The notes: generated from the sequence alone by a model not told the origin. A stretch of 64,000 bases of DNA from a virus (IMGVR_UViG_3300029288_000079:32001-96000), one strand, 5' to 3'. Shown: positions 17,610 to 28,249, counted from the first letter of the stretch. A program made the numbers and translations.

Positions 17610-18950
17610 TTATACAATATCCTTTTTGGGTATCATACTATAAGCTAAAGACTGTAATAATCTCAGCTCACCTATATTTAATGATTCACTTTCCATAATT
17701 CCCGGATATTGTTTACCATATAAGTCCCAATCATTAGTTAAAATCCTAAGACCATATCTTCCTACTTCTGCAGAACGTCTTAAAGCCGTTCCTGGAAAAG
17801 GTACCGCTATAGGGAATGTACAAGAATAAATATCTAAAAATTTTCCCATCTCTATAGATTTCATTGCAGTTTCTCTTGTCTCTCCAGGAAGACCTAATAT
17901 AAAGCTTGCGGCACATGTAATACCCGTCTCTTTTGCAGCTAAAATGGTTTTTTTTATCTGCTCTGATGTATAGGGCTTACCTGTCCTTCTAAGAACACCC
18001 TCATCGGCACTTTCCGCACCAAAAAAAATATAATAACATCCGGCCTCTCTCATTAATTTAAATAGACTGAGATCACATAAATCTATTCTCATCTCACAAG
18101 ACCACTTCAACTTTTTATTAATACCCTTCTTTATAAATTCATTAAATAAATCTATGCTTACATCTATTTTATTATTCTCTATCAAAGTCTCATCAAAAAA
18201 TACCAAAGCCTCACATCCAAAATCTTTTATATTTCTATCTACCTCTTCTATAACAGAATTTACTGATCTAACTATTCTTTTACGACCAAATGGCCTTACA
18301 CAAAACACGCATGTTCCAGGACATCCTCTACTGGTAGAAATAGGCAACTCAAGTTTGGTTCTATGTGGATCAGCACCTGAATAGGAAGATAACTTAAACA
18401 TATCCCATGCAGGAAATGGAAGCAAGTCCAGATTTGTGATTCTTTTAGATATACAACTATTTTTAGTCTTACTACCTATAGTAAGTATATCACCAACATT
18501 TAAATCATTTTCAAAAAAACTAATTATGGATTCCTCAGCCTCTCCACAAAAAGTATAATCAAAGCAAGAAAACTCATTTAAAGTCTCTAATGGCATTGAG
18601 GTAGCATGTGGTCCACCAATAAATGTTTTTATTGAAGGGAAAAGTTCTTTTATTTTTCCTGCTACTGTAGCTGTCTCTTTAATCTGTGTTGTATATCCGG
18701 TAAACCCAATCGCTAAAGGACGATTCCTATTTATAAATTCTATAATATCAGACACATTAAAATTATCTATAAACATATCAATAAATTTGGATTTAATGCC
18801 CCTTTGTTTGGTAGCAGCCAATAAATATGCCATACCTATGTGAGGAGATATTTGACGAGGTGTATCCTTAGATACTTTAAGAGATTCAAAGTATTTTTTT
18901 CTACCTTCAATATCTAATACAACATTTATTAATAAAAGATCCAGATTCAT
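17610..18950 (-). CDS. B12-binding radical SAM enzyme (class B methyltransferase-like)
   Basis: N-terminal B12 domain (GGPHAT), SRGCPGTCVFC, GLPGET, PFPGT. Confidence 0.88.
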   Translation of the reverse strand: MNLDLLLINVVLDIEGRKKYFESLKVSKDTPRQISPHIGMAYLLAATKQRGIKSKFIDMFIDNFNVSDIIEFINRNRPLAIGFTGYTTQIKETATVAGKIKELFPSIKTFIGGPHATSMPLETLNEFSCFDYTFCGEAEESIISFFENDLNVGDILTIGSKTKNSCISKRITNLDLLPFPAWDMFKLSSYSGADPHRTKLELPISTSRGCPGTCVFCVRPFGRKRIVRSVNSVIEEVDRNIKDFGCEALVFFDETLIENNKIDVSIDLFNEFIKKGINKKLKWSCEMRIDLCDLSLFKLMREAGCYYIFFGAESADEGVLRRTGKPYTSEQIKKTILAAKETGITCAASFILGLPGETRETAMKSIEMGKFLDIYSCTFPIAVPFPGTALRRSAEVGRYGLRILTNDWDLYGKQYPGIMESESLNIGELRLLQSLAYSMIPKKDIV

Positions 18951-18956
18951 TAAACA

Positions 18957-19922
18957 CTATGCCTTTATATAATTATTTCTATACCAATCTATTGTTTTCT
19001 CAATACCCTCTTTAATATTTACTTTAGCCTCCCATTCTAAAATATCTTTTGCTTTCTGCACACTAACAATTCTTCTAGGGATCATCGTAGGCTTTGTAGA
19101 ATCATAATTTATAATTGGACTATACCCCACATGATCACAAGCATATTTTATAACATCTTTTACAGTAGATACTTCACCACTAGTTATATTTACCGGATCT
19201 GCATCTGCCTTAAGTTCTACCATTTTAAGGAATCCATCTACAAAGTCTTCAACATAAACAAAATTTCTCTGCTCTGAACCATCTCCCCAAACTTCTAAGG
19301 GATTTTGTATATTAGCTATTTTGTTAACTAACGCTGGAATAACATGACAAGTCTCTAAATTGAAATCATCATGAGGCCCATATAGTGCTGTAGTTCTAGC
19401 AATAGCAAATTTAGTATCACTCTGTCTATGAAATTGCATACAAACCTTTTCAAGGTACCTCTTCATATTCCCTACACCAGAATAGCCTTCCCAAGGTTCA
19501 CCTGTAAAACCATCACACTCCTTAACAAAATCCCAGTCCGGGTACATAGTGGAACTACCTACAAACCCAAACTTCTTAGCCCCACATTCTACTGCTGCAG
19601 ATATTACATTAACTCCTATCGTAATATTATCCCTAACTAACTGTAACTGACCTGTTTTCTGACCCTTAGCACCTTTAATAACAGCAGCTGCATTTATTAC
19701 TATATCTGGTTTTACCCAATTAAAATACTCTAACGTCTGTACATAATTTCTAAGATCAATCTTACCTATAGTTATGCCATCTCCATTATATTTTAAAATT
19801 CTTCGTTTGAATATTAAGGCATATATATTTGCCCCCTCGTAAGATAGTCTTTTAACAAGGTTTTGGCCTAGTATCCCTGTAGACCCTGTGATAATAATAG
19901 TTTTGTTGGTGTAATAACTCAT
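18957..19922 (-). CDS. GDP-L-fucose synthase-like epimerase/reductase
   Basis: TGSTGILG, SSTMYP, YxxxxxMK variant, LYGPHDDF...HVIPAL, VWGDG..RNFVYVED. Confidence 0.85.
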   Translation of the reverse strand: MSYYTNKTIIITGSTGILGQNLVKRLSYEGANIYALIFKRRILKYNGDGITIGKIDLRNYVQTLEYFNWVKPDIVINAAAVIKGAKGQKTGQLQLVRDNITIGVNVISAAVECGAKKFGFVGSSTMYPDWDFVKECDGFTGEPWEGYSGVGNMKRYLEKVCMQFHRQSDTKFAIARTTALYGPHDDFNLETCHVIPALVNKIANIQNPLEVWGDGSEQRNFVYVEDFVDGFLKMVELKADADPVNITSGEVSTVKDVIKYACDHVGYSPIINYDSTKPTMIPRRIVSVQKAKDILEWEAKVNIKEGIEKTIDWYRNNYIKA

Positions 19923-19932
19923 ATGTAATACC

Positions 19933-20976
19933 TCAATATTTTACTTTTTTAGAGTCCATAATTTCTTCATATGTAAATACATTATATCTATTATGAATTA
20001 CATTCTGATTATCTTTAAACCAAGCTACAGTTTTACTAATCCCGTCTGTAAGACCTGTAGAAGGACTAAAACCTAATATATTCCGTGCTTTATCAATATT
20101 CAACACTCTCGCCCCAAATTTACTAGGAAATATAGGTTTCAAATTATCTAAATATGATTCACCAAAACTTTCCGCTATAACTTCAGCTAAAAATAATATC
20201 TTATACCCAGTTCCACTACTTATATTAAAAGCTTCACAATCACCTGAATTTTCTAAAGCTAACAACATACCATCTGCTACATCCTCAGAAAATGTAAAAT
20301 CACGTATCATATAAGGATTGTGTATATCTACGGATTTGTTCTCACTAATCTTATTTATTAGAGATCCTACTACCATTGTGGTATTTATATCAAAATCATC
20401 CCAAGGTCCATAGCAATTACCAGGTCTAACTATAACTATACCCTTCCACCCATATTCATCCCTATAAGCCTCAGTTTGTAATTCTGCCATTCGCTTTGCC
20501 CATGCAGAATATTTATCCCCTGAATTTGGAAGTCCCTCCCACATTGTACTCTCTATAAATGTAGATCCTGGAGCATATACTCCAACAGTACTTGTAAGAA
20601 GATATTTCTCGACATTTAATTTCTTTGAACATTTTAACATATTCATATTTATACGCATGTGAGAATCAAAGAATGTAGCTCCCCTGGATACTCCAATAGC
20701 GTTAGACCCCTTAGATCCTGCCAACTGAAACACAAAATTTGCTCCTGAGTCTCTAATAGCATTATAACATTCATCATAATTAGTCAGATCACACTTAATA
20801 TATTCTGCGTCTAAAAATTGCCTTACTTTGCATTTTATATGACTAAATCTAGATACTGAATCCGCAGATGCTATTGTCACATATGCTCCCGCATCTAAAA
20901 GTTTAGTTACTAAAGGAACTCCTATTAATCCAGTACCTCCTGTAACTAGTACATTCTTACCTTTGTAGAAATTCAT
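19933..20976 (-). CDS. Extended SDR NDP-sugar epimerase/reductase (Fcl-like)
   Basis: TGGTGLIG, YSAWAK, RPGNCYGPWDDF, RDFTFSED. Confidence 0.85.
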   Translation of the reverse strand: MNFYKGKNVLVTGGTGLIGVPLVTKLLDAGAYVTIASADSVSRFSHIKCKVRQFLDAEYIKCDLTNYDECYNAIRDSGANFVFQLAGSKGSNAIGVSRGATFFDSHMRINMNMLKCSKKLNVEKYLLTSTVGVYAPGSTFIESTMWEGLPNSGDKYSAWAKRMAELQTEAYRDEYGWKGIVIVRPGNCYGPWDDFDINTTMVVGSLINKISENKSVDIHNPYMIRDFTFSEDVADGMLLALENSGDCEAFNISSGTGYKILFLAEVIAESFGESYLDNLKPIFPSKFGARVLNIDKARNILGFSPSTGLTDGISKTVAWFKDNQNVIHNRYNVFTYEEIMDSKKVKY

Positions 20977-21992
20977 ATCATGCTCCTCCAATAATTAAGC
21001 AGGTCAAGATTTATATCATCTAGAGTCTTCTTAGGCTCCCAACCTGTTAGCTCTTTGAATTTTGTACAGTCAGGTATCTGCAGAGTAATATCTGTAGGAC
21101 GTATACGAGCAGGATCTATCTCTTCAAAAATAAGTCCTCTAGGTATTTCACTCTTTTGTAACATATTCTCAAGAGCCTCCCCAACAGTACAGGTATGACT
21201 TCCACCAATATTATATACATCACCTAATATACCATGATTAGCCACAATCCAATAAGCCTCCACAGCATCATCTACATGTGCATATGTTCTTACAGAATTT
21301 AGATTACCTACTCTTATAATATAAATGTCCTCCTGACCATGATTAATATCATCTCTACGCCGAATATATAATCTTTCTTGCTGAACTAATTGATATGCAA
21401 ATGAAGATAATGCAAAATTTCTACCTCTGCGACTTCCCTCATGACTAAATAACCTTGTAGTCATTACTTTAAGTCCATATGCATTATAATAAAATTGCCC
21501 CATCAAATCCTGACCTACTTTGCTTATAGAATAAGGATTGGCAGCTCTTATAGGATTAGTCTCTTTTATGGGTATCTCCTCAGGACTAGGATTTCCGTAC
21601 ACTTCACTCGAACTACAATTAACTACAATTGGGTCTATCCCAAAATTGTCCCTAGCAACTCTTAATTCATCTAATAAATTTGTAGTACCTATCACATTAG
21701 TAGTAAGAGTTGCCACAGGAGTAGAAAAACTAGCCATAGGATAACTTTGAGCAGCAAAATGAAATACAAATTCAGGTTTGGCTTGTTTTATAATATTATT
21801 TAAACTACCTCTATCAAGAAGATCAGATTCAAAGAATTTAACTCTATCATTTCCATAAAGATGAGATATATTTCTATCATCACTTCTCCAACGTCTCGTA
21901 GCATATATATTAACATCAGGTACATTTTTTAAAAGATAGTCACACATATGACTACCAACCATACCTGTAATACCTGTTATAAGAATATTCAT
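20973..21992 (-). CDS. gmd: GDP-mannose 4,6-dehydratase
   Basis: ITGITGMVGS, AAQS, SSSEVYG, PYSISK, RLFSHE, VGNLNSVR; start at 21992 (MNILITG). Confidence 0.8.
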   Translation of the reverse strand: MNILITGITGMVGSHMCDYLLKNVPDVNIYATRRWRSDDRNISHLYGNDRVKFFESDLLDRGSLNNIIKQAKPEFVFHFAAQSYPMASFSTPVATLTTNVIGTTNLLDELRVARDNFGIDPIVVNCSSSEVYGNPSPEEIPIKETNPIRAANPYSISKVGQDLMGQFYYNAYGLKVMTTRLFSHEGSRRGRNFALSSFAYQLVQQERLYIRRRDDINHGQEDIYIIRVGNLNSVRTYAHVDDAVEAYWIVANHGILGDVYNIGGSHTCTVGEALENMLQKSEIPRGLIFEEIDPARIRPTDITLQIPDCTKFKELTGWEPKKTLDDINLDLLNYWRSMI

Positions 21993-21993
21993 A

Positions 21994-22677
21994 TTATAAT
22001 CCAAAATTATTTTTTTCACGCTCTGCGTATACTTTTCTGTTTTTATCAAGCTCTGCAGGATTGTTATTCCTCGCATAGGTTTTATCAAAAGTAGATAATC
22101 CTATACTATAATGTCGATGTTTGAAAAGAATCTCGGGAGCATTTATAAGACAACCTGACCTTCTGGAAAGCTCTGTGAAATCATTGTCAGCACACATAGA
22201 TGTATATTTTGGATAAATAAAATATCCAAATTTCTCAAAAAATGCTCTATTCATTATCGGTTGAGTAAACACAATACCATAATCACGAAGTCCATCATGA
22301 GTTCCAATAGATTTGGGTTGATTAAAATTATCCACATCTTTTAACTTTTCAAAAAGACTCTTATCCCAGTTTGTACAGGGTTCTACATCATCCACTACTT
22401 CTACCAAAATCTGTGTTGTCTTTGATATATACTTAGACAAATTATTCACTGCTGCAACTGGATTCCTAGACTCTCCGATATATACAATTGCTTGTACACC
22501 CTTACAAGGTATTTTAAATATATCTTTATAGGTATCTTGTAAAGGATCATCATTATCAACACCTATAAGATACTCAATACTATCAGGATCCAAAGCTGAT
22601 ACTATCCATTTACAGAAATTATCATATGCTATTTTGGGTCTCTCCCTAGTAGGATGTAATATAGATATATTAATCAT
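21994..22677 (-). CDS. GT-A fold glycosyltransferase (GT2-like)
   Basis: ISILHPTRER, VDNDD, VVDD, ADND, HRH. Confidence 0.75.
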   Translation of the reverse strand: MINISILHPTRERPKIAYDNFCKWIVSALDPDSIEYLIGVDNDDPLQDTYKDIFKIPCKGVQAIVYIGESRNPVAAVNNLSKYISKTTQILVEVVDDVEPCTNWDKSLFEKLKDVDNFNQPKSIGTHDGLRDYGIVFTQPIMNRAFFEKFGYFIYPKYTSMCADNDFTELSRRSGCLINAPEILFKHRHYSIGLSTFDKTYARNNNPAELDKNRKVYAEREKNNFGL

Positions 22678-23930
22678 TTTTTAGTCCACTTCTCGCTGTG
22701 ACTTACTGGTTTATACTTATTTATTAATCTATCTCGTTCTTTTAAAATTTCTTTGGAACTAAGATTATTTGTATGTATTACCGATTCACTATTTCCACCC
22801 CTTTTACCATAAGCACCTAGACCTTCATGCTCAAAGTACAAATCTATATCTTTACCTCTGTCGATATCATCCCTAATCATAGTACCTCGATAAGGGTAAT
22901 ACACAGCTATCTGAGCATCATCTATGCCAGAAGTTTCAATGAACCTTTCTGTCTCCCCTATAGTCTCATAAGTCTCTCCAGGAAGTCCGATCATTAAAAA
23001 TGCCTTGCAAGTAATACCATATTTCTTACATAATTGAACAAATTCATAGTTCTGTTTTACTGTAGTTCTTTTATCTACATTATCTAAGATCTTTTGAGAC
23101 CCTGATTCAGCTCCGAAAGCTATTTCTACACACCCAGTATCTGCAAGCATTTTAGCAAATTCTTCTGAAAAATAATTTGCTTGACCATTACATCTATATA
23201 TCAGATCTCTCTTCTTTAATTCATTACATATGGGCCGAGCTTTTTTAATAGAAATTGCAAATAGATCATCAAATAAATATACTCCACCATATCCTAAGGA
23301 TTTTATATCATCTAACTCCTTACAAATATTTTCATGACTTGACCATCTAGCAAAAGATCCCGCAGACTCACAAAACCTACATTTTTGTGGGCACCCAGTA
23401 GAAGTAAGCATTGTAGCAGATTTTCTACCCATCAAATTATAATTATAATGAGATAGTAATTCTCTTGAAATATCTGAAACTCTATCTGGTCTAGACATCG
23501 ATGCCCAATCCTTCTTAGACATTATATCCTTTTCTATCCGAGACCCGGCACCCTTTAATATTTTTATAAGGGATCTCTGTCCATCATCTGTTACAACATA
23601 ATCCCAATCTGCACTATGTACATCAGAAAAATAATGTTTTGCATGTGGACCCCCTATAATAGTAGGCTTCTTAGGAAATAAAGTTTTCCAATTATTTAAA
23701 AATCTATCAGAATCATTTCGTTGTGGGGTCATTACAGATACACCTACATAATCATATTTTTCATACTTAGCCATATTATCAAAATCAAAATCATCCTCTA
23801 ACCCAACTTCATATCCAAATTGTTCTATATAAGATTTCAAATATAATAGGGCAAGTGGAGGATATACCCGATCAGAATCCAAGTAACCACTACGAAGTGA
23901 TACCAATAAAATTGATATTTTTTCATACAT
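22674..23930 (-). CDS. B12-binding radical SAM enzyme
   Basis: PPLALLYL, GGPHA, TSTGCPQKCRFC, GAESGS, GLPGET. Confidence 0.88.
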   Translation of the reverse strand: MYEKISILLVSLRSGYLDSDRVYPPLALLYLKSYIEQFGYEVGLEDDFDFDNMAKYEKYDYVGVSVMTPQRNDSDRFLNNWKTLFPKKPTIIGGPHAKHYFSDVHSADWDYVVTDDGQRSLIKILKGAGSRIEKDIMSKKDWASMSRPDRVSDISRELLSHYNYNLMGRKSATMLTSTGCPQKCRFCESAGSFARWSSHENICKELDDIKSLGYGGVYLFDDLFAISIKKARPICNELKKRDLIYRCNGQANYFSEEFAKMLADTGCVEIAFGAESGSQKILDNVDKRTTVKQNYEFVQLCKKYGITCKAFLMIGLPGETYETIGETERFIETSGIDDAQIAVYYPYRGTMIRDDIDRGKDIDLYFEHEGLGAYGKRGGNSESVIHTNNLSSKEILKERDRLINKYKPVSHSEKWTKK

Positions 23931-24648
23931 TAGTAGTTTCCAAAATATTTCTTCGTATATGGTCAGGAAATTCTACAATACCACTTACGTCATGTGCAGC
24001 TTTAAAGAATCTATCCGGTGGTCCTGGTGGAGCACCTTCTGCAGCCATATCATCATTACAAATCTGTCTTCTTAACCCTCTATTCATTAAGGCAGCATCA
24101 TTTTTTATCCTACAACTATTTTCAAATATTACAATTTCCGGACATACAGGAACACCACCTTCACGACCTTCTGGAGACCAATGATACTTTCTATCAGTCT
24201 TCATTTTTAAACCACCTTTTATCAGTCTGGTAGTAGGACCTCCATTAGACCAATTAAAATAATGATAAGCATCTTTAGCTGTAAAATATAAAGGAAAATC
24301 CCAGTAACTACTTTTTTTAAATATACCTGTTTTAAATATGCCCCCAAAATTTTTTGTAAAAGTCATGTCAGCGTCTGGTAAGAATGTAAAACCCCCTGTA
24401 CAATGAGATAGACCAAAATTTGTTTGAGCTACTGTAAAATCCCATGGTCTTTCAAATAGTTTAATGGGAACACTATCCTTATAAGAATTTATAATCTCTA
24501 TAGTATTATCTTTAGATCCCCCATCTACCAATACAACTTCATGCAACAGATCTCCTAAATCTTGAGATAAATGCTTACAGCACTCCAAGTACCATAAAAT
24601 TACATGCTCTTCGTCCTGACAAATAGTACATATACTTAAACTATTCAT
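23923..24648 (-). CDS. Glycosyltransferase family 2
   Basis: ICQDEE, VDGGSKDNT, PDAD. Confidence 0.8.
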   Translation of the reverse strand: MNSLSICTICQDEEHVILWYLECCKHLSQDLGDLLHEVVLVDGGSKDNTIEIINSYKDSVPIKLFERPWDFTVAQTNFGLSHCTGGFTFLPDADMTFTKNFGGIFKTGIFKKSSYWDFPLYFTAKDAYHYFNWSNGGPTTRLIKGGLKMKTDRKYHWSPEGREGGVPVCPEIVIFENSCRIKNDAALMNRGLRRQICNDDMAAEGAPPGPPDRFFKAAHDVSGIVEFPDHIRRNILETTNV

Positions 24649-24651
24649 TTT

Positions 24652-25386
24652 TTATCTCTTTTTCAAAATACACCAATAGCGATCTGTCTCAATAGCTTCT
24701 TCTTCATATACAAATAATTGAGTACCCAATATAGCTAAATCAACGAAAGCTGGACTAATTCTTACACCATGCCAAGTATTCCCAGGGTCTGATCCTGTAG
24801 AGGATCCTGAAATATCCCTACCATGCATTATAAAAATCCCATCTTTCTTTAGGACCCTACCCACCTCATGAATATAACTTTTGATAATTGAAGCAAATGG
24901 TATATGTTGAAAACAGATATATTCAAAAGCCACATCTATACTATTGTCTGGGATCTTATTTAAATTATAACCATCACCCTCAATAAAAAGTATGTTACCA
25001 CATAAACCCCCCAATCTTTTTTCTGCTATATTTAATAATTCTCCAGAAATATCTAATGCATAAAGATTATAACAAGTTGAGGCAATAAATTGAGACATTC
25101 TTCCAAATCCACAACCTATCTCCAATACATTTTCTATATGAACACCCGAATATCCAAAATACTTTTTAATTCTAGGTAAATATTCACCCTCAAAATCATG
25201 CTTGCCAGAACCTTGAATAGCCTCCTCAGATGCATGTTGATTTGCACAGACATATGATGCCGCATCTGTTATAGCCCTAATATTCCAATCGTCTTTTAAT
25301 ACTTTAGAATATTCATCAATTGATAATTGTTTTGTAGAACTTAGAATCTCACAATCAATAGCTCTATTTTTTACATTTTCTTCCAT
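24652..25386 (-). CDS. Class I SAM-dependent methyltransferase
   Basis: VLEIGCGFGR, LDIS, CFQHIP, RVLKKDG. Confidence 0.88.
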   Translation of the reverse strand: MEENVKNRAIDCEILSSTKQLSIDEYSKVLKDDWNIRAITDAASYVCANQHASEEAIQGSGKHDFEGEYLPRIKKYFGYSGVHIENVLEIGCGFGRMSQFIASTCYNLYALDISGELLNIAEKRLGGLCGNILFIEGDGYNLNKIPDNSIDVAFEYICFQHIPFASIIKSYIHEVGRVLKKDGIFIMHGRDISGSSTGSDPGNTWHGVRISPAFVDLAILGTQLFVYEEEAIETDRYWCILKKR

Positions 25387-25607
25387 ATTAAGTCTCTTAT
25401 AGGTTCATCAATATTAACTCTTGGAATCTCATCTACATCTATAAAATAAACATTATACCTATCTAAAATTTTGTGTACCTTGGAAATTTCCTCGAGTTCC
25501 AACAACATCTTTCTAAGCATATTAAAATAATGAATCTTATCTTCAGCGTCTTTAGCTGTATCACCATTCCAGTTTATTAAATAATTTGTATTCTTCATTG
25601 TATCCAT
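25371..25607 (-). CDS. Hypothetical protein
   Basis: Packed ORF in the operon. Confidence 0.55.
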   Translation of the reverse strand: MDTMKNTNYLINWNGDTAKDAEDKIHYFNMLRKMLLELEEISKVHKILDRYNVYFIDVDEIPRVNIDEPIRDLIWKKM

Positions 25608-25608
25608 A

Positions 25609-26424
25609 TTACACCTTCAACCCTTCCTTCATCTTACTCATAAATTGCTCCCATCCACCCTCTTTAAAATTAGCTATACGCTCTTTCATAACGGTAGGGT
25701 GTGTTCCGGTAAAATGTCTAACTTTATTACCTGCTTTGATAGTCTCTTCAAAAAGATATAAATAATCACAATATTCTTCACCTAGCTTTTCTTTCATCTC
25801 AAGCATTCTTTTATCAGGAAATCCTAGATCAGTATACATATGCTGGAAATCCCATTCCTTCTTAAACCCAACCTTACCCTCATGAACTTTTCCATAATGA
25901 AATATTTCTATATTACTATCGAATACAGGCCCCTCTCCATTTATTAATTGACAAGCATCACCATCCCAAGTCCAACCTTTGCCCTGCCGAGCAATCCTAG
26001 GTACACGTCTATAACAAAAATCAAATTCAGTCTCATAGTTTGCCATAAAATGCGTATAATGCATGGTTGCCAAATTAAAATCCTTTAACAAAGTAATAGA
26101 CTTAACATCTTCAATACTATCATCATGAAGAACTTCATCAGCGTCTAATTTAAGTGTCCACTCAAAATCAGCTTTCTTCATACAATAATTTGCCAAATTA
26201 GATTGTATAGTATAATGAGTTCCCCAAGGCATGTGAATAAGTTTTATTTTAGAGTACTTATCCGCAAGTTTTTGACACAGTTCTATAGTACCATCATCTG
26301 AATCACACTCACACAATATATGTTGATCCACTGCAGGAAGAATAGATTCCACAGATTCCAAAATTGGATAGTCATAAGTTATAGCATTGTGTATAAATGT
26401 GTAAGAACTTATTCCTGGTTTCAT
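25609..26424 (-). CDS. Glycosyltransferase family 2
   Basis: YDYPILESVESI, SDDGT, LDADE, FHYG. Confidence 0.8.
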   Translation of the reverse strand: MKPGISSYTFIHNAITYDYPILESVESILPAVDQHILCECDSDDGTIELCQKLADKYSKIKLIHMPWGTHYTIQSNLANYCMKKADFEWTLKLDADEVLHDDSIEDVKSITLLKDFNLATMHYTHFMANYETEFDFCYRRVPRIARQGKGWTWDGDACQLINGEGPVFDSNIEIFHYGKVHEGKVGFKKEWDFQHMYTDLGFPDKRMLEMKEKLGEEYCDYLYLFEETIKAGNKVRHFTGTHPTVMKERIANFKEGGWEQFMSKMKEGLKV

Positions 26425-26702
26425 TTTTGTTTTTCCTTTAATTGTCTTTCTATCTTATCCCGCAAAGAACTTGTCTCATGACTATAGCCATCTTCACGTC
26501 TTTTAAGTTGATTATTCTTTTCCCGTGTAACCTTCCCAGGATCCTTTGAGTCTATTGAGGTCCCTATCTTAGAATGTATTCTATTGGGAAATAATCTATT
26601 CATAATTGTACCACATTTAACACAAAGTCTAGGAAGTTCTGGATTAGTAATATCCAACTCTTCAAAATCACACTCAGGACATTTAAAATCAAATAGTGGC
26701 AT
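26421..26702 (-). CDS. FmdB-family zinc-ribbon protein
   Basis: MPLFDFKCPEC...CVKCG...MNRLF. Confidence 0.75.
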   Translation of the reverse strand: MPLFDFKCPECDFEELDITNPELPRLCVKCGTIMNRLFPNRIHSKIGTSIDSKDPGKVTREKNNQLKRREDGYSHETSSLRDKIERQLKEKQK

Positions 26703-27631
26703 TATATTACTCCCAAAGTTTTATCTATGGCTATTTTTAGTTCTCTCATAGTATTCTCTTTGCTATATCGATCCACAGTTTTGGTAGCCCTAAACATAAT
26801 ATCATTAATAAATTTCTTATCAAAATTAAACAATAGTTTAGATATAACTGTGGCTAGGGTCTGGGAATCCCCATCAGCACAGATCATACAATTTATACCA
26901 TTCTGCATATAATCAGTACCACCCCCACCAGTATAACCTACAACAAAAGTATTACTTGCCATCGCCTCTAACCCTGGAAGACCAAGACCTTCAGGATATG
27001 AGTGAGCAAAAAATATGTCGGCCAATCTTAGTTGTTTGGCAAACTCAGATTCAGAGCTGTCCTTTAAAGATGTGACCGACACATAATTTTTAACCTCACT
27101 CGGTAAATAGAATTCAACAGCTTTCCACCGTAATGAACCATCTTTTCTTTCCTGTACCAAAACATTAGTTTTACGTAATTTAAATTTTTCTATGTCTTTA
27201 TCAGGATAAAAAACAAATCTATCAATAAAGGGTGTAACTCTGTACCCAGGCACACCTATCTTGCTCTGGTTCCACTCAGAAGAGACCCAAAGCTTTATAT
27301 CTGTATAATCCGCACTTCTATCGAAGAAAACCTCACCTTGGGCATAACTGACAAGATAACGAGCTTTAAAACGCCTTAGTGACTCTATATCTTCCCAACC
27401 AACTATAATTACGTCCGGATCCTGCTCAAGACTATGCCAAACGTCACCCCAAGTTATTATTTTAACCTTATGATCAAACCAAGTAGGTATCGATTGATAA
27501 TTAGGAACAGCTATGCAACTATCATACCCGAGTTCCGTCTCCAGCTCAGATAATTGAAAATGAACTTTTATCCCACCACTGGGATCCATATTTTTAGGAA
27601 TAATATGAACTATTTTTTTAGTCATACACAA
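26702..27631 (-). CDS. GT-B glycosyltransferase (GT4-like)
   Basis: SGGIKV, EGLGLPGLEAMAS. Confidence 0.82.
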   Translation of the reverse strand: MCMTKKIVHIIPKNMDPSGGIKVHFQLSELETELGYDSCIAVPNYQSIPTWFDHKVKIITWGDVWHSLEQDPDVIIVGWEDIESLRRFKARYLVSYAQGEVFFDRSADYTDIKLWVSSEWNQSKIGVPGYRVTPFIDRFVFYPDKDIEKFKLRKTNVLVQERKDGSLRWKAVEFYLPSEVKNYVSVTSLKDSSESEFAKQLRLADIFFAHSYPEGLGLPGLEAMASNTFVVGYTGGGGTDYMQNGINCMICADGDSQTLATVISKLLFNFDKKFINDIMFRATKTVDRYSKENTMRELKIAIDKTLGVI

Positions 27632-27637
27632 TATTGA

Positions 27638-27865
27638 TTAATAATCAAAATCTAAACTAGGTCTAACTGGCTGCAAAACATTATTAATTGTAAATTGTCT
27701 CCAATAAACTTTAGCTCCAAATAAAATTCTAAATCTCTCTTTCCAAGAAAAACCCCAGCAGCTTGTAACCTGACCATCTTCTGTTTTATGTGCAGGAAGA
27801 GGTATATATGGAGGTTGATCCTTAGCATAAATTATATTGCATTGTATAAAATATATAGGCTTCAT
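27638..27865 (-). CDS. Hypothetical protein
   Basis: AKDQPPYIPLPA...SCW..SWKER...QP pattern typical of small phage proteins. Confidence 0.65.
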   Translation of the reverse strand: MKPIYFIQCNIIYAKDQPPYIPLPAHKTEDGQVTSCWGFSWKERFRILFGAKVYWRQFTINNVLQPVRPSLDFDY

Positions 27866-28245
27866 TTTACATATCCTTCTTCTTGATCATCCTCTTCTTT
27901 TTTACCATCATCTTCTACTTGAACATCATCCTCGCCTTGATTACGATTTATTGCCAAATTTATTTCAACAGAATTAATAATAGGACCTACAAGAGTCTCC
28001 TCTTCAACTTCTTCTCTCGATCTAGCGACTCCCTCAGCTACTGTTTGACCACAGGCTAAACAAACTTTATAACCCTTCATCGTAGCCGTCATATCCTCAG
28101 GATGACTACAAAATTCACCCGGCCTTTTATATAAATTAGAATTGTTAGACACTACTACAGTCCCAGTAATATCCTCTAAAGGCTTGCCCTCAGCAAGCCT
28201 TGCCTTTTCTCTTCGCCATCTCTCTATAGGAGATTCATTTGACAT
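27862..28245 (-). CDS. Hypothetical protein with CSH...CxxC and acidic tail
   Basis: GGAG SD before ATG at 28245. Confidence 0.55.
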   Translation of the reverse strand: MSNESPIERWRREKARLAEGKPLEDITGTVVVSNNSNLYKRPGEFCSHPEDMTATMKGYKVCLACGQTVAEGVARSREEVEEETLVGPIINSVEINLAINRNQGEDDVQVEDDGKKEEDDQEEGYVK

Positions 28246-28249
28246 AAAT

